From the NCBI RefSeq assembly GCF_006345805.1, contig NC_042998.1:62310001-62374000 (forward strand): DNA of 64,000 nucleotides. The letters are read 5' to 3'. The position numbers were made by a program, and so were the translations under genes. This DNA is from Octopus sinensis. Taxonomy: Eukaryota. Positions 24,761 through 37,597 of this stretch are shown piece by piece (the first letter of the stretch is position 1; every line of letters begins with the position of its first letter). The notes under the pieces are model-generated. The model was not told the origin of the DNA. It did not search any database and saw only the letters and a program-made list of their open reading frames with translations.

Positions 24761-25232
24761 GAAAGAAGACAGTGTTGTGTACTCGGAGGATTTGCCGAAG
24801 ACCCTGACGAACCTGATTCGCTTTGTCCTTCATCACGCCACACACACGGTGAGTTTATGGACAGACAGTTCCCAGCAGTGCACAGCTCACTGTATAAAGA
24901 CTAACCGACAGAATGCCTTAATTCGAATAACTGTTCTCAGCAGGGAGATCAAACGACTTGAGCTGCGACTGACTCACCTGGAAAATTCAGTTGTAAAGAG
25001 GAAACTTCTTGATAGCGCTGGTAAACAGCTGCCAGCGTCAGTGCAAATCATAGGAGCAATGGTGACAAGAGCTCACTGGCAGAAACTAGTGGAACGGAAA
25101 AGACGCCAGAGATTGGTGTGTAAAAAATTAGTCAGATTCTTGAAAAGAAAGGATTCTTTCTTGAACAAAGAAGACTTAGTTAACTTCATGAAAACTAATA
25201 ATTTGCTGCTAAATCATTTCCCGAGTCTTTGA
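24761..25232 (+). CDS. Candidate terminal coding exon of an unidentified host gene (basic/coiled-coil C-terminus)
   Basis: Strong acceptor TTTTGTCTCTTTCCAG|G; 156 complex, non-repetitive codons KEDSVVYSEDLPK...LLLNHFPSL*; no family recognised. Confidence 0.65.
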
Positions 25233-25694
25233 TATTCGGTCATTCAAAAACAAAAAAAAAAAAACAAACAAAAAAAGAAAAACAAAAATGAAGAAATACA
25301 AACAAAAACAAACATGAACTACAACACCAAACTCCCCCGCCCCCAAATCAACTAATTTTTATTTTATTTTTTTCGAAAAATAAACAAAAAAAAATTTTTT
25401 TTTAATTTGCAACATTTGAACTGAGTATCAGGGAAAAAAAAAATTGACTTTTTCTTTGAAATGTATGTGCACAAGGAGAATGAAAGTATGGTGGTAGGTG
25501 GGTCGGGTAGGGTAGGGTCTTGTGGTGACTGGCTGCTGTTTCTAGCAGAGGAGGAGGGCTGGATGTGGTAGTGATGGTTAAGTGATATCAAGTGACTGAT
25601 GTAAACATATTCTGGTTGCCAGTTTAACTTCAGTCATATCTATTCAAGTGTGACCGATAATTATATTTTGTTTCATTTATATTTTATATATATA

Positions 25695-25744
<50 letters not shown>

Positions 25745-25764
25745 ATATGTATGTATGTATGTAT

Positions 25765-25796
<32 letters not shown>

Positions 25797-26939
25797 CACA
25801 CGCACACACACATATACACATACGCACACACATATACATACACACACACTCATATATACACAGACACATACACACATGCACACACACATGTATTTACATA
25901 TATATATGTATACATACATATATATTTGTATATCCAGACACACACACATATATATATATATACATACACACATATATGTATGTATATATATATGTGTGTA
26001 TGTGCATATATATATATGTATAAATGTATGTGTGTGTGTGTATATATATGTATATGTATTTTTTGCTTTTATATTCACCCCTCTTGTTTTATTTATTCTC
26101 TTCTATTTTGTTAAAATTTTAATTTACTTTTCTTTCATGTCTCTCTCACCCTACCTCCTCTGTCTCTCTTTTCCTGATAATCTTTCTATCTAATTATATA
26201 TCTCTATGTGTGGCTGTGCATGTGTGTGTGCGCGTGTGTGTGTATGTGTATGCATGTGTGTGTGCAATTATCTGTCTCTACCTCATTAGCTCTCACTAGT
26301 CTTCTTTTATTTTTGATGAATGAGGTTTGAGTTTCATTTCTCATAAAATCTTGCTGCTATGAAAGGGCTGTTATGTCTACGGATTGGATGAGGAACCAGG
26401 ATTTTTGCACCTTAATAGAACAAGTTTGGCAGGTTTGGGATTTCAATTTGTACAACAATGTAAATGTCCTTCCTTGCTCTTACAGGAACTTTCTGACGAG
26501 GCAGTTGGTTTGCAAACAACCATTCAGGACTCATGAAAATTTCTGCGAAATTCGTTCTAAAGATTGTTTTTTCCCCCTTAACATGTCTTTCACTACAAGA
26601 CAATTTCTTTGTATATGTTGATGTGAATGAATATGTATGAACAGAAAATACGAATGCACAGAGATAATTTCAATAAATTAATTATTATAGTTCTCTTTTA
26701 TTTCCTGTGGACCACCAGCTGTATTGCTGATCCTCTACTGGTGTAAGTGATTCTATAACTGAAAGTAAAGCGTTGGTGTTCTTTTGTGGTTAAACCTCTC
26801 AGACCTGAGCTGCGATGTCTAACTTTGCCCTCCACCTGGGATTTGAGGGAAAAAAAGTATGTATTTGTATATATATTTCAAGAGTAATGATTGCAGGCAA
26901 ACTAATAGACGAGATCGGCTGCATCTTCTTTTTCTACGT

Positions 26940-27590
26940 GCGTTGTTTATTCTTTTCTACTCTAGGCACAAGGACCGAAATTTTGGAGGAAGAGGCCAGT
27001 CGATTAGATCGATCCCACTACGCAACTGGTACTTAATTTATTGACCGCGAAAGGATGAAAGGCAAAGTCGACCTCAGCGGGATTCGAACTCAGAACGTAA
27101 AGACAGACGAAATACTGCTAAGCATTTCGCCCGGCATGCTAACGTGGGTTCTGCTAGTTGAAATAAAACTGAACAATCACATACATATTCTTTTCTGTTC
27201 TAAGCACAAGGACTGAAATTTTGGGGGAGGGAGCCAGTCGATTAGATCAATTCCAGTATGCAACTGGTACTTAATTCATCAATCCCGAAAGGATGAAAGG
27301 CAAAGTCGACCTCCGTGCGATTTGAACTCAGAACGTAAAGACAGACGAAATACCTATTTCTTTACTACCCACAGGGGGGTAAACACAGAGAGGACAAACA
27401 AGGACGGACAAACGGATTAAGTCGATTATATTGACCCTAGTGTGTAACTGGTACGTCTTTAATTGACCCCGAATGGATGAAAGGCAAAGTCAACCTCGAC
27501 GGATTTTGAACTCAGAACGTAACGGCAGACGAAATACGCTAAGCATTTTGCCTGGCGTGCTTATGTTTCTGCCAGCTCGCCGCCTTATGT
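26940..27590 (-). mobile_element. Cluster of SINE family B units
   Basis: Three GAAAGGATGAAAGGCAAAGTCGACCTC units; head CCAGCTCGCCGCC at the right end. Confidence 0.85.
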
Positions 27591-28746
27591 GTGTTGTTTA
27601 TTACTGCTTTACTGGGAATCCAGCAGATGACGCGTAATCTATTACTGTATAGCGGGGTCACGGCGTGGCAGGGTTAAAGTATGAGTTTGATCCAGCAATG
27701 TATACTGAGAAACATAAGTTTTAACCATTTAGCTGTCCCATGTATCACGTGATTCACAGGACATATTTCCTTGGCGTCCAAGCCTTGTATATGATACACA
27801 TTCCCAATTTTTTTTCAATCAGCAGAGTAATTTGGGACCTATGAAAGTAAAAATTTATATTACCTTATTGAATGGTACAAGACCTAATCAAAAGTCTGAA
27901 AACAGACACAAACGTTTAGGAAAAACTTACGATAAGGCATTGACCAGGCAAAGGGGTTACATTACATTAATAAAGGTAAAGTTGTATAAATATGCTGTAG
28001 AAAATACTTATATATACATTCATGTTCATGTCACGTGTGAAATTCAATGTAAACAAAGTGTTTTGTCCATGTCCTTGAATTTATGCTCTCTTTCAGTGTC
28101 ATGTTTAGAGAAGATATATTGCAAAAGACATTAATATACTTATTACAGGAAACTGGAAAATATAGCAAAATGATTTCTCATTCAGCTTAAACATTATGTA
28201 GGAATAATTGACACGAAAGTTCATTACAAAGGAACGGATACTCTGTTGGTTCCAGTGGTATTGATGTCGGCCTAGGAAAAGAGAGGGAAACAGCTTCACT
28301 TCTGTTTATATAGCTAAAATGGCTGAGATAATACTGGTCTCTGATTGGTCCAGAAAAAAAGATGAATATCTAAAACGTCATCTGGATGTATGTGGGATAT
28401 TATATATGCATGTGTGCACGTGTGTGAATGAATGTATGAGTTTGTAGTTTAGTTTCTACACATTAAACCCGACTCCCACTCATTTCCGAGGCATATCCAA
28501 TGTATAAAGTTTTGTATCTGTTTTAACAAATCTGATTTAGCATGGAACGATATCTACAAAATACTTTTTTGATCTTCTATGTACACGAATGCATGGGCGC
28601 GGTCGTGGCCTTGTGATAAGAAGCTTGCTTCTCAACCCCATGTTTCTGAGTTCAGTCACGCTGCATGTCACCTCGGGAAACTTTTCTACTATAGCCTCCG
28701 GCCAACCAAAGTGGATTTGGTAGACAGAAACTGAAAGACGCATATC

Positions 28747-28783
<37 letters not shown>

Positions 28784-28931
28784 GTAAAAAGGTTGAATTA
28801 GATATGAAACGATCGTCTGCATGAATTAAAATTCTCTTATATATTTTAACATCTTCTCTTCTCCATTTTTAAGAAAATTGTTGAGTTTTATGGGATTTCT
28901 TTCCATAAATTCACAACACACCATATACAAG

Positions 28932-28987
<56 letters not shown>

Positions 28988-29439
28988 CCTGTTTGCAAAA
29001 AATTTGTTTTAATAAAAAAATTTTCGTGAGGATATGGTATCTGCGCGGACACCAGTTTTACGCTATTATCGATTGATAGATCTGGTTATCATTCGTGTGA
29101 TTATGTACCAATGTTTGTGATTGGTTAGTCGGACCATTCTTAGTACTTTTCACTTTCTAGGCCACCCTATAGAGACTTCATTCTTTTCAATATAGGAGAA
29201 ATAATTGATATATGTATATATATATATATATAATATATTAATAAATAAAACATATGCATATATATATATACATATATGTACGTACCTACCTCTACATGTA
29301 AATATACAGGCATATATGGGTACAAGACACCAAAAAAAAATGTCGAACACAATGAGAAACGTAAACATAAACACGAAACCAAGGAACTGGACATTTTATA
29401 GAGTACAGGACAAATAACACAAGGAAAATTCCCCTTATG

Positions 29440-29470
<31 letters not shown>

Positions 29471-29617
29471 TATATATATATACATTGTACATTTAAACAC
29501 ATAAGATGCATCCATCATAGGATTCCTTGCACGCTAGAGAGGACAGTTAAATTCCAAACCACTATTAGGGATAGCATTTCGAAGGGAATGAAAAATAAAA
29601 ACATTTAACATCTAACT

Positions 29618-29688
29618 CCTGGATCAATGGTTTCAGACGTTTTTTTAGCAAATAAAATTATTTGCTAGGCGAAGTCTTCTTCAGCAGG
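29618..29688 (-). ncRNA. Type I hammerhead ribozyme motif (extended stem II)
   Basis: CCTG-CTGAAGA-AGAC..TAGCAAATAA-TT-TTATTTGCTA..GTCT-GAAA-CCATTGA-TC-CAGG; one stem III mismatch. Confidence 0.7.
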
Positions 29689-29975
29689 TACACCTTAGAT
29701 TAAATATATATATACGAGGCAATCCAGTATATGCCCCGTGCTTATACATTCTAATTTTTCAAATCTGTCGCGCAAGCGCAGCTCCTTGTCGGCAGTATGT
29801 GAAATGCCGGCTTTTCGATTCGAAAACTATCCAGAAAAATTATCAATAATTAATAATATCAAAGGGTAAGCAGAAGTATTTAAAATTTCCATTACCAATG
29901 GCCTAGGATGTTAAACATTTTTTACACGCTAGCCCATTGGTAATAGAAATTTCAAATATTTCTGATTACCCTTTG

Positions 29976-30014
<39 letters not shown>

Positions 30015-30016
30015 TA

Positions 30017-30772
30017 ATAAATATAAGAGAGTGGTCACTATATGGCTCACTCTAGCACTAGTTAATCCAAAAGGTTTCAACCACAAAAATACATGTTTCC
30101 CATGAAAGTCAGTACGATTGTTAGCTCACACGAACAGGGCAAATAAAAAATAACAAAAATACAGATTATTTTGGGACAATTGTTTCGCTATTAATGAATT
30201 AAATGTAATTTTACTTACAAAAAAATCCACTTGTAGCTCCTCAGCCAAAACTATCTGGATGAAATCCACTCAATCACACGCCAGATTTTACCATAACGAT
30301 AAATACACGTGTGGTTCAATTGATTACATCTGACGTTATAATTCAAATGCCCCTACTAACAGCGCGCCAAACTTTCACGGAAACAAATACATTTAGAAAT
30401 AAATGTAGCATAATTATAATTAATTAATAAGGGTGAGAGAATTAGATACTAATTTAATAGTATATCTATTCAACACCAAGTGGCCCAGTGCTCCGAGAAA
30501 CCTGGATTATTATAATATTTTATAATATATTATAATATTTTTACAAAAATAAATATAAGAGAGTGGTCACTATATGGCTCACTCTAGCACTAGTTAATCC
30601 AAAAGGTTTCAACCACAAAAATATATGTTTCCCATGAAAGTCAGTACGATTGTTAGCTCACACGAACAGGGCAAATAAAAAATAACAAAAATACAGATTA
30701 TTTTGGGACAATTGTTTCACTATTAATGAATTAAATGTAATTTTACTTACAAAAAAATCCACTTGTAGCTCC
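30017..30772. repeat. About 224-bp near-identical direct repeat (30017-30240 / 30549-30772)
   Basis: TAAATATAAGAGAGTGGTCACTATATGGCTC...AAATCCACTTGTAGCTCC occurs twice, 532 bp apart. Confidence 0.95.
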
Positions 30773-30812
30773 ATCTGTAAATGTAATATGTGACAATTAT
30801 TCGGTAGCCATG

Positions 30813-30871
30813 ATAAAACTCCGAGTTTCAGATGCCGAGGTGGAAATCCACGCCACCATCTCTTCAGTTAT
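30813..30871 (-). ncRNA. Hammerhead-like motif
   Basis: ATAA-CTGAAGA-GATG..CATCT-GAAA-CTCGGAG-TT-TTAT; stem II is one base out of register. Confidence 0.55.
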
Positions 30872-31175
30872 CCGGCCATCGGAAAAATACAATGAAAATA
30901 CTATATATGCTATATATATATATATATATGCATATATGGGTATAGGACGTCAACAACTGTGTGAACAACATGAAATATGTAGACAAACAAGAAACAATTG
31001 TAGTGTGTTGGTGTTTTTTTGCCCCCTTCGCTTGACAACTGGTGTTGGTGTGGTTACGACCCCATAAAAATAAGTACTAGGGTCAATTCGTTCGACTAAA
31101 AGTTCTTCAAGCCGGTGCCCAAACGTGGCCACAGTCTAATGACTGAAGCGAGTAAAAGATAGAAGATACACGCGT

Positions 31176-31218
<43 letters not shown>

Positions 31219-31528
31219 CATTGCGTACATATTTATATTTAGCTAGAAGATTAATCAAAGAACAGAATATGTTTTAACAATGTATGTTGGAAAATGTGAG
31301 GAGAGAGAGAGAGGGGGGGGGAGAGAGGGAGGGAGGAGGGAGAGATTGCAAACGGTTAGAGAATCGACTTACGACAAATGTATAAATATCTCTGTATAGG
31401 TACATATGTACTGATATTTTCTCCGAATATCTTGGAGCTTTACGTGCCTGCCTGGAGACATCTCAAAAAGGAATTACTTCAAGTTTGTGAAATTCTTATG
31501 GCGTCTAATATATCTGTTTATCTGTCTG

Positions 31529-31575
<47 letters not shown>

Positions 31576-31588
31576 CTATCTATCTATC

Positions 31589-31626
<38 letters not shown>

Positions 31627-31711
31627 GCAAAACGGCGGAGCACCAGCATGGCCGCAGCTCTGAGCTCAAACTAGAGAGAGAGAGAAAAAAATATGTTTGT
31701 ATGTGTGTGTA

Positions 31712-31752
<41 letters not shown>

Positions 31753-31754
31753 CG

Positions 31755-32165
31755 GCACAGGAGTGGCTGTGTGGTAAGTAGCTTGTTTCTCAACCACATG
31801 GTTCCGAGTTCAGTCCCACTGCGTGGCACCTTGGGCAAGTGTTTTGCTCTATAACCTCAGGCTGACTAAAGCCTTGTGAGTGGATTTGGTTGACGGAAAC
31901 TGAAAGAAGCCTGTCGTATGTATGTATGTATGTATGTATGTATGTATGTATGTATGTATGTATGTATGTATGTGTGTGTATATATGATTGTGTGTGTTTG
32001 TTCCCCCCAAAATCGCTTGATAACCGATGCTGGTGTGTTTACGTCCCCGTAACCTAGCAAAAGAGATCGATAGAATAAGTACTAGGCTTACCTGGAGTCG
32101 ATTTGCTCGACTAAATGCGGTGCTCCAGCATATCCACAGTCAAATGACTGAAACAAGTAAAAGAG
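31755..32165 (+). mobile_element. SINE family A copy
   Basis: Full head and tail. Confidence 0.85.
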
Positions 32166-32397
32166 TAAAAAGTATGTGTGTATGCGCGTTTGTTCCCCAC
32201 AACGTTGCTTGACAACCGATACTGGTATGTTTACATCCCCATGCGTGGCTGTGTGGTAACCATGACAACAACAAACGTCTGTATAACAACAACAACAACA
32301 ATAGTTATAATGTGGTAAAAAATAACAGCTAACACAATGAAGGAATGTCACTCAATTTGCTAGAAATCGTAGCCAAACTTTCTTTGAATCATATATA

Positions 32398-32725
32398 GAC
32401 GCAAGAGTGGCTGTGTGGTAAGTAGCTTGCTTACCAACTACATGGTTCCAGGTTCAGTCCCACTGCATGATGCTTTGGGAAAGTGCTTTCCATGTATATA
32501 TCTATGTGTGTGTATGTCTATGTGTCTGTATTTGCCCTACCTATCACCGCTCGACAACCGGTGTTTGTGTGTTTACGACCCCGTATTGTAGCGGTTCAGC
32601 AACAGAGACCGATAGAATAACTATTATGCTTAAGAAATAAGTCCTGAGGTCGATTTGTTCGGCTAAAACCCTCCAAGGCGTTGCTCCAGCATGGCTGCAA
32701 CCAAATGACAAGTATAAAAATAAAA
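32398..32725 (+). mobile_element. SINE family A copy (internally deleted)
   Basis: Head and tail recognisable. Confidence 0.75.
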
Positions 32726-32839
32726 GAAAAAAGAATAAGTATATATATGTAATATATATATATATATAATATATTTATATAATATATTCATATAATATAT
32801 ATAAAATATATATATAATATATATATAACGATAAATGTC

Positions 32840-33123
32840 GCCCTTTTCAAGCCTAGCCAGGCTCATGGGTCTGGTTTCCCGGTTTCTGTGGCGTATGTGA
32901 TCCCCCCAGCTGGACGGGACGCCAGTCCATCGCAGCGTTACTCAAGAAACAGGAAGAGAGAGTGAGAGAAAGTTGTGGCGAAAGAGTACAAGGGTCGCCT
33001 CCTCCCTGCCGGAGCCTCGTTGAGCTTTTAGGTATTTTCGCACACAACGCCCAGTCTGGGAATCGAAACCGCGTTCCTCCGACCGCGAGTCCGCTGCTCT
33101 AACCACTTTGCCATTGCGCCTCC
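32840..33123 (-). mobile_element. tRNA-derived SINE, family E
   Basis: Minus head GGAGGCGCAATGGCAAAGTGGTTAGAGCAGCGGACTCGCGGTCGGAGGAACGCGGTTTCGATTCCC; second copy at 46680-46975. Confidence 0.8.
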
Positions 33124-33336
33124 ACATTATATATATAATATTAAATTAATAAGAAAAGGGTAAAATTTATTAATTAAATTAATTAATTAATCAATTAATC
33201 AATAATTTTACCAAGTAGATCGGTACGTTAAAATAATCTTTATAGGTCATGGAGATTCTTATAGTAGCAGAAAAGGAATTTTAACCCCTATTTCTAAATT
33301 CGGTATGTGATGAAGCAATTAGCTGAACCTTAATTG

Positions 33337-33399
<63 letters not shown>

Positions 33400-33974
33400 C
33401 AGATTCAAATGAATATGGTACTTAAGTCAGATGCACCAGAATTTTGTACGGTATTATCCATATAAATCCATGGGGTGACATATATAATACATATATATAT
33501 ATATATCTATATCTATATATATATATATACACACACATACATACATATATATATATACTCTGACAAGTTGTGGTGCACCTGAGCACTGTACACAATAATT
33601 TCATTATATTATATATATATATATAAAACATAGTAAATAGGGTAATAAAAAATAAATTATTATTACCAGTGACCCAGCACAAAAAACAAATTAGTCATTA
33701 GACTATATATTATTCATATAGAAATACAATAAAAGTCTTCCAAATAAAGAAGCGCTGTGCTAGACACACAAAAGGGATAAATTCATGAAAGGAATGAAAA
33801 TTAAAAACGTTTACCATAACAGCCATATCCTAGACCGACGGTTTCATCTATTCTTAGCAAACAAACAGAATTTATCTGCCAAGGCAATATATATATATAC
33901 ATACACACACGCACACAATCTTGATCGTCATCTCATTATGAACTTTTCCATACTTGCAAGGGAATTTCGTTGAG

Positions 33975-34461
33975 ATAGATTTGTACGTTCCGATATTCTT
34001 CTTGTCTCTAACCGTCATCTGTTTCTATACTGCGTAATGTTTCCTCATAACCAGACGTTACGTATTAAGAACATGTCGCAGATGGAACACCGACTCATGC
34101 AGCTTTTCTTTGATGGGTTGTGAGAAACCTACACAAGCTTCACTAAGTGTCTATGAGCAGTATTTCTGGAACTTCCAGCAACTCTGCAATGTCCCTGGTC
34201 ATTTTTGTTTTGTATGGTTTGCTTTTTTCTGGTTTATTCCAATATTATTCAGTGTCAATGTCGTCCAATTCTGAAGGTCTTCTAGAGCGACTTACGTCTT
34301 CGAAGCTGAAATACACGCGTTTGAATTTTAAAAATCATCTTTGAACCGTTGATTCACCTACAACATCTTCATCATTTCCCTTCACAAATGATTTTACACG
34401 TTTCTGCAGCGTTTTCACAGAGATACATTACATGCTGAAAATGAAACTTTTCGTTATCCAT
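33975..34461 (-). mobile_element. Decayed mariner-family transposase N-terminus (HTH)
   Basis: MDNEKFHFQHVMYLCENAAETCKIICE.. then (frameshift) VVGESTVQR*FLKFKRVYFSFEDVSRSRRPSELDD; matches the STVQRWF..ED..RSGRP pattern. Confidence 0.7.
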
Positions 34462-34770
34462 TGTTTTTTACGTTGATAAAGGCTGACAAAAATAAGAGAT
34501 AAACTGAATTTTGGTGTGAGACGTAACTAATAGGTTACTGCAATGCCCACATATCAGTCATAACAAGCTTACATCTGTTTTATGAAGCGTTAAAGACACA
34601 ACTGTGAAATTTGCTCAGAAATTTCCGGTCGGCCCTATTATCTATCTACCTGTCTGTCTGTCTATCGTTCTTTCTTTCTTGAAACTATACATATATATAA
34701 TGTTAGAAAAAAATATATTTAGTTTTTTATTCTTGAAACCAACTGAGAGTCAAGCCAATGAGATTTTCAG

Positions 34771-34815
34771 TTCTCGCCTGAAGATCGCAGTAGTGTGAAA
34801 CTCGAGTCGTGAGAA
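34771..34815 (+). ncRNA. Minimal type I hammerhead ribozyme motif
   Basis: TTCTCGC-CTGAAGA-TCGC-AGTA-GTGT-GAAA-CTCGAG-TC-GTGAGAA; 7-bp stem I, palindromic stem III ACTCGAGT, GUC cleavage triplet. Confidence 0.75.
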
Positions 34816-35629
34816 AATTCTTAGCATCAGTTTCAATGAAAGAAAACCATATTCTCTACATGTATTGAGCACTTCTCTTTCATTTGGCTGACAAAATAAC
34901 GTGTGTACACACATACATACATACATACATACATACATACATACATACATACATACATACATACATACATACATACATACATACATACATACATACATGC
35001 ACACACACATACATACATACATACATACATACATACATACATACATACATACATACATACATACATACATACATACATACATACATGTAAGCAAACAAAC
35101 AGCAAACAATTTTTAATCGTGTGAGTCAATTCAAAAGTATTTAGAGTTCATGTTAAGTAACAATTCTTTGTTGCTAGAAGTGGAGTGAAAATGGCTCCAC
35201 CGGAAATCGAATTCTTCGTCATTCACTGGGTTTGATGGAACTTTATCATTACACTGTGGAATTAAGCTTTTGACTCCTCTCACTTGCAGTATGCACTGTA
35301 GTAGTAAAATCATATTATCACTGTTATTTTCATGTTTAGAAAAGCAACCAACTGGAAAATGCTAAGTCAGCCCGGCCCCTGAAACAAAATATCAAATGTC
35401 ATTCTGTGGTTTGTGTCAAATCATAAGCCAAATCAAAGATCGTGTGTTCGATACCTCGCCGATTCTCATGAAATTTTCACTGTCAGTGTACATTTTTTAA
35501 CATGGGGCTAGTATGAAAAAAGTATTGTTGCAACAAGGATTAGTTTATCTCTCTCTCCTTCCTCCTCTGTCTGTCTGCCTGTCTGTCTGTCTGTCAGTCT
35601 GTCTGTCTGTCTGTCAGTCTGTCTGTCAA

Positions 35630-35662
<33 letters not shown>

Positions 35663-36044
35663 ACACACACGCACACAAACTGTTATTTCAATGAAGACCA
35701 AAAGAAAAAGCTGTATACAGTTTTATCTGACCCAGACGAATTTTCTCTCTCTGTGTCTCCTGATTTGATCCAATATCTGCTAACTTGTTCTCTGATGAAA
35801 AAAGAAAATCTTCCAATTCATCTTGATCCAAACGTCGTTAATTAAAATCGTTGCTTGAGAATTTATGAAAAATGAAATAAAAAAATAAATAAAACAATAA
35901 ATCTCGGCTCTTTTCGTTGACAATTTTCCCTGCTGTTTCTGTTGTAGTTCTCTCCATATAAATGTTTTCCTTAGAGGCTCCGGTGGCGGGTTACTTGCCC
36001 GCCGACCATCCTCCTTTTGCATTCAGACTTGGGTTCACTAACAG

Positions 36045-36302
36045 CAGTGGTTCTCAAAGTGGGCAGTAATGCGCTTCTGGGGGGCGGTGTAAAGTCGCAA
36101 GGGGGTGTTGAAGAAATGTGGGGCAATAATGGGGTGGAGATTCATGTAAAAATAACAAAATATTGGGTTCATTAGGTTGAGCTTTATTTGTTAAATACAG
36201 TTGCTTTGAATTTGCTTCAGAAAGCAGTCTATGTTTGTGATGGTTAGTTGGGGTGGGGGGACACTAGGAATGCGGTCTGGGTGAAAAGTTTGAGAATCAC
36301 TG
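36045..36302. mobile_element. hAT/Charlie-type MITE
   Basis: TIRs CAGTGGTTCTCAAA / TTTGAGAATCACTG; flanks ACTAACAG / ACTCATAG (6 of 8 match, decayed 8-bp TSD). Confidence 0.75.
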
Positions 36303-36458
36303 ACTCATAGGGACAGAATCACAAACTTTGAAGTCCCGAGAAAAGCCAATCTGCTCAACCTGCAGTAGATTGTGAAAGAGAGAAAAGCGAGATTCGCAGG
36401 TCATGTTTAAACAAAGCATGTTGGAAAATGAGAGGAAGTGTGTGTGTGCGCGCGCGCA

Positions 36459-36498
<40 letters not shown>

Positions 36499-36516
36499 TG
36501 AGTAATCCTTTGTACT

Positions 36517-36878
36517 ATAGGTACAAGGCTTGGATTTTGTGGGGAGGGGGACTGTCGATCACGTCGACCCCAGTACTCCACTGGTAACAAGGACAGACAA
36601 ACGGATTAAGTCGATTATATTGACCCCAGTGCGTAACTGGTACTTAATTTATCGACCTCGAAAGGATGAAAAGCAAAGTCGACCTAGGCGGAATTTGAAC
36701 TCACGGATTAAGTCGATTATATCGACTCCAGTGTGTAACTGGTACTAATTTAATCGACCCCGAAAGGATGAAAGGCAAAGTCGAGCTCGGCGGAATTTGA
36801 ACTCAGAACGTAGCGACAGACGAAATATTGCTGAGCATTTCGACCGGCGTGCTAACGTTTCTGCCAGCTCGCCGCCTT
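36517..36878 (-). mobile_element. SINE family B with internal duplication
   Basis: Two GAAAGGATGAAA.GCAAAGTCGA units; head CCAGCTCGCCGCC. Confidence 0.85.
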
Positions 36879-37034
36879 CGTAAGCTTAAATAATAAATCG
36901 CGATAGGTGAACCGCGATAGTTGAACAGTGATATGGCGAAAAGTTACTGTATCTTGAAGCTTTATGTATGCTTCGAGATATTTAAAAAACTAGTTCACGT
37001 CTTCTTGAAAGTTTATAACATTTTTATATGTTTA

Positions 37035-37071
<37 letters not shown>

Positions 37072-37072
37072 A

Positions 37073-37119
<47 letters not shown>

Positions 37120-37242
37120 ATATTTCTCTGCTTGTATATAAACATGTTTGTTGATGTATTTAATTTATGTATTTTATATATACAGATATGTGTGTGCATC
37201 TGTATGTGTTTATGTTATAACATGTTTATATTTACTGTTTTC

Positions 37243-37440
37243 CGAACTGCCAGACGGATGAATATCCAAGATAACTATGCAATGGATACTACCTGAGGAG
37301 GATGCAAGAAGACATGATGTGCTGCCTTCAAAGAAGATCTGAAGCAACTTAAAATCACTCGAGAAGATGCTGTCGACTATGCTCAAAACCAGGATTATTA
37401 GAGACGTCTTGCTGCCCAATGTTTAGGCCAGGAACTAAGA
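37243..37440 (+). mobile_element. RTE-type LINE 3' coding remnant
   Basis: ..AAFKEDLKQLKITREDAVDYAQNQDY*RRLAAQC resembles the RTE ORF end (W..A.DR..WR..V). Confidence 0.55.
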
Positions 37441-37597
37441 CCAAAACGGAGAATTTTATCATTGCTTTTCGTATAGCGGCCATTATTGACAGTCAGGAGA
37501 GAATGCAGTGCCCACGATCTGTTACAGGGTCTCCAAGACTGGTGAGCAGGAAGGGAGAAAGTATCCACAAACTTGGAATCTGGTCCGAATGATTGTA

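Noticed and set aside
27700-27850. Minus-strand VIHGT motif reminiscent of TRPT1/PARP
   Set aside because: All three frames are closed by stops after the only good acceptor; context does not match
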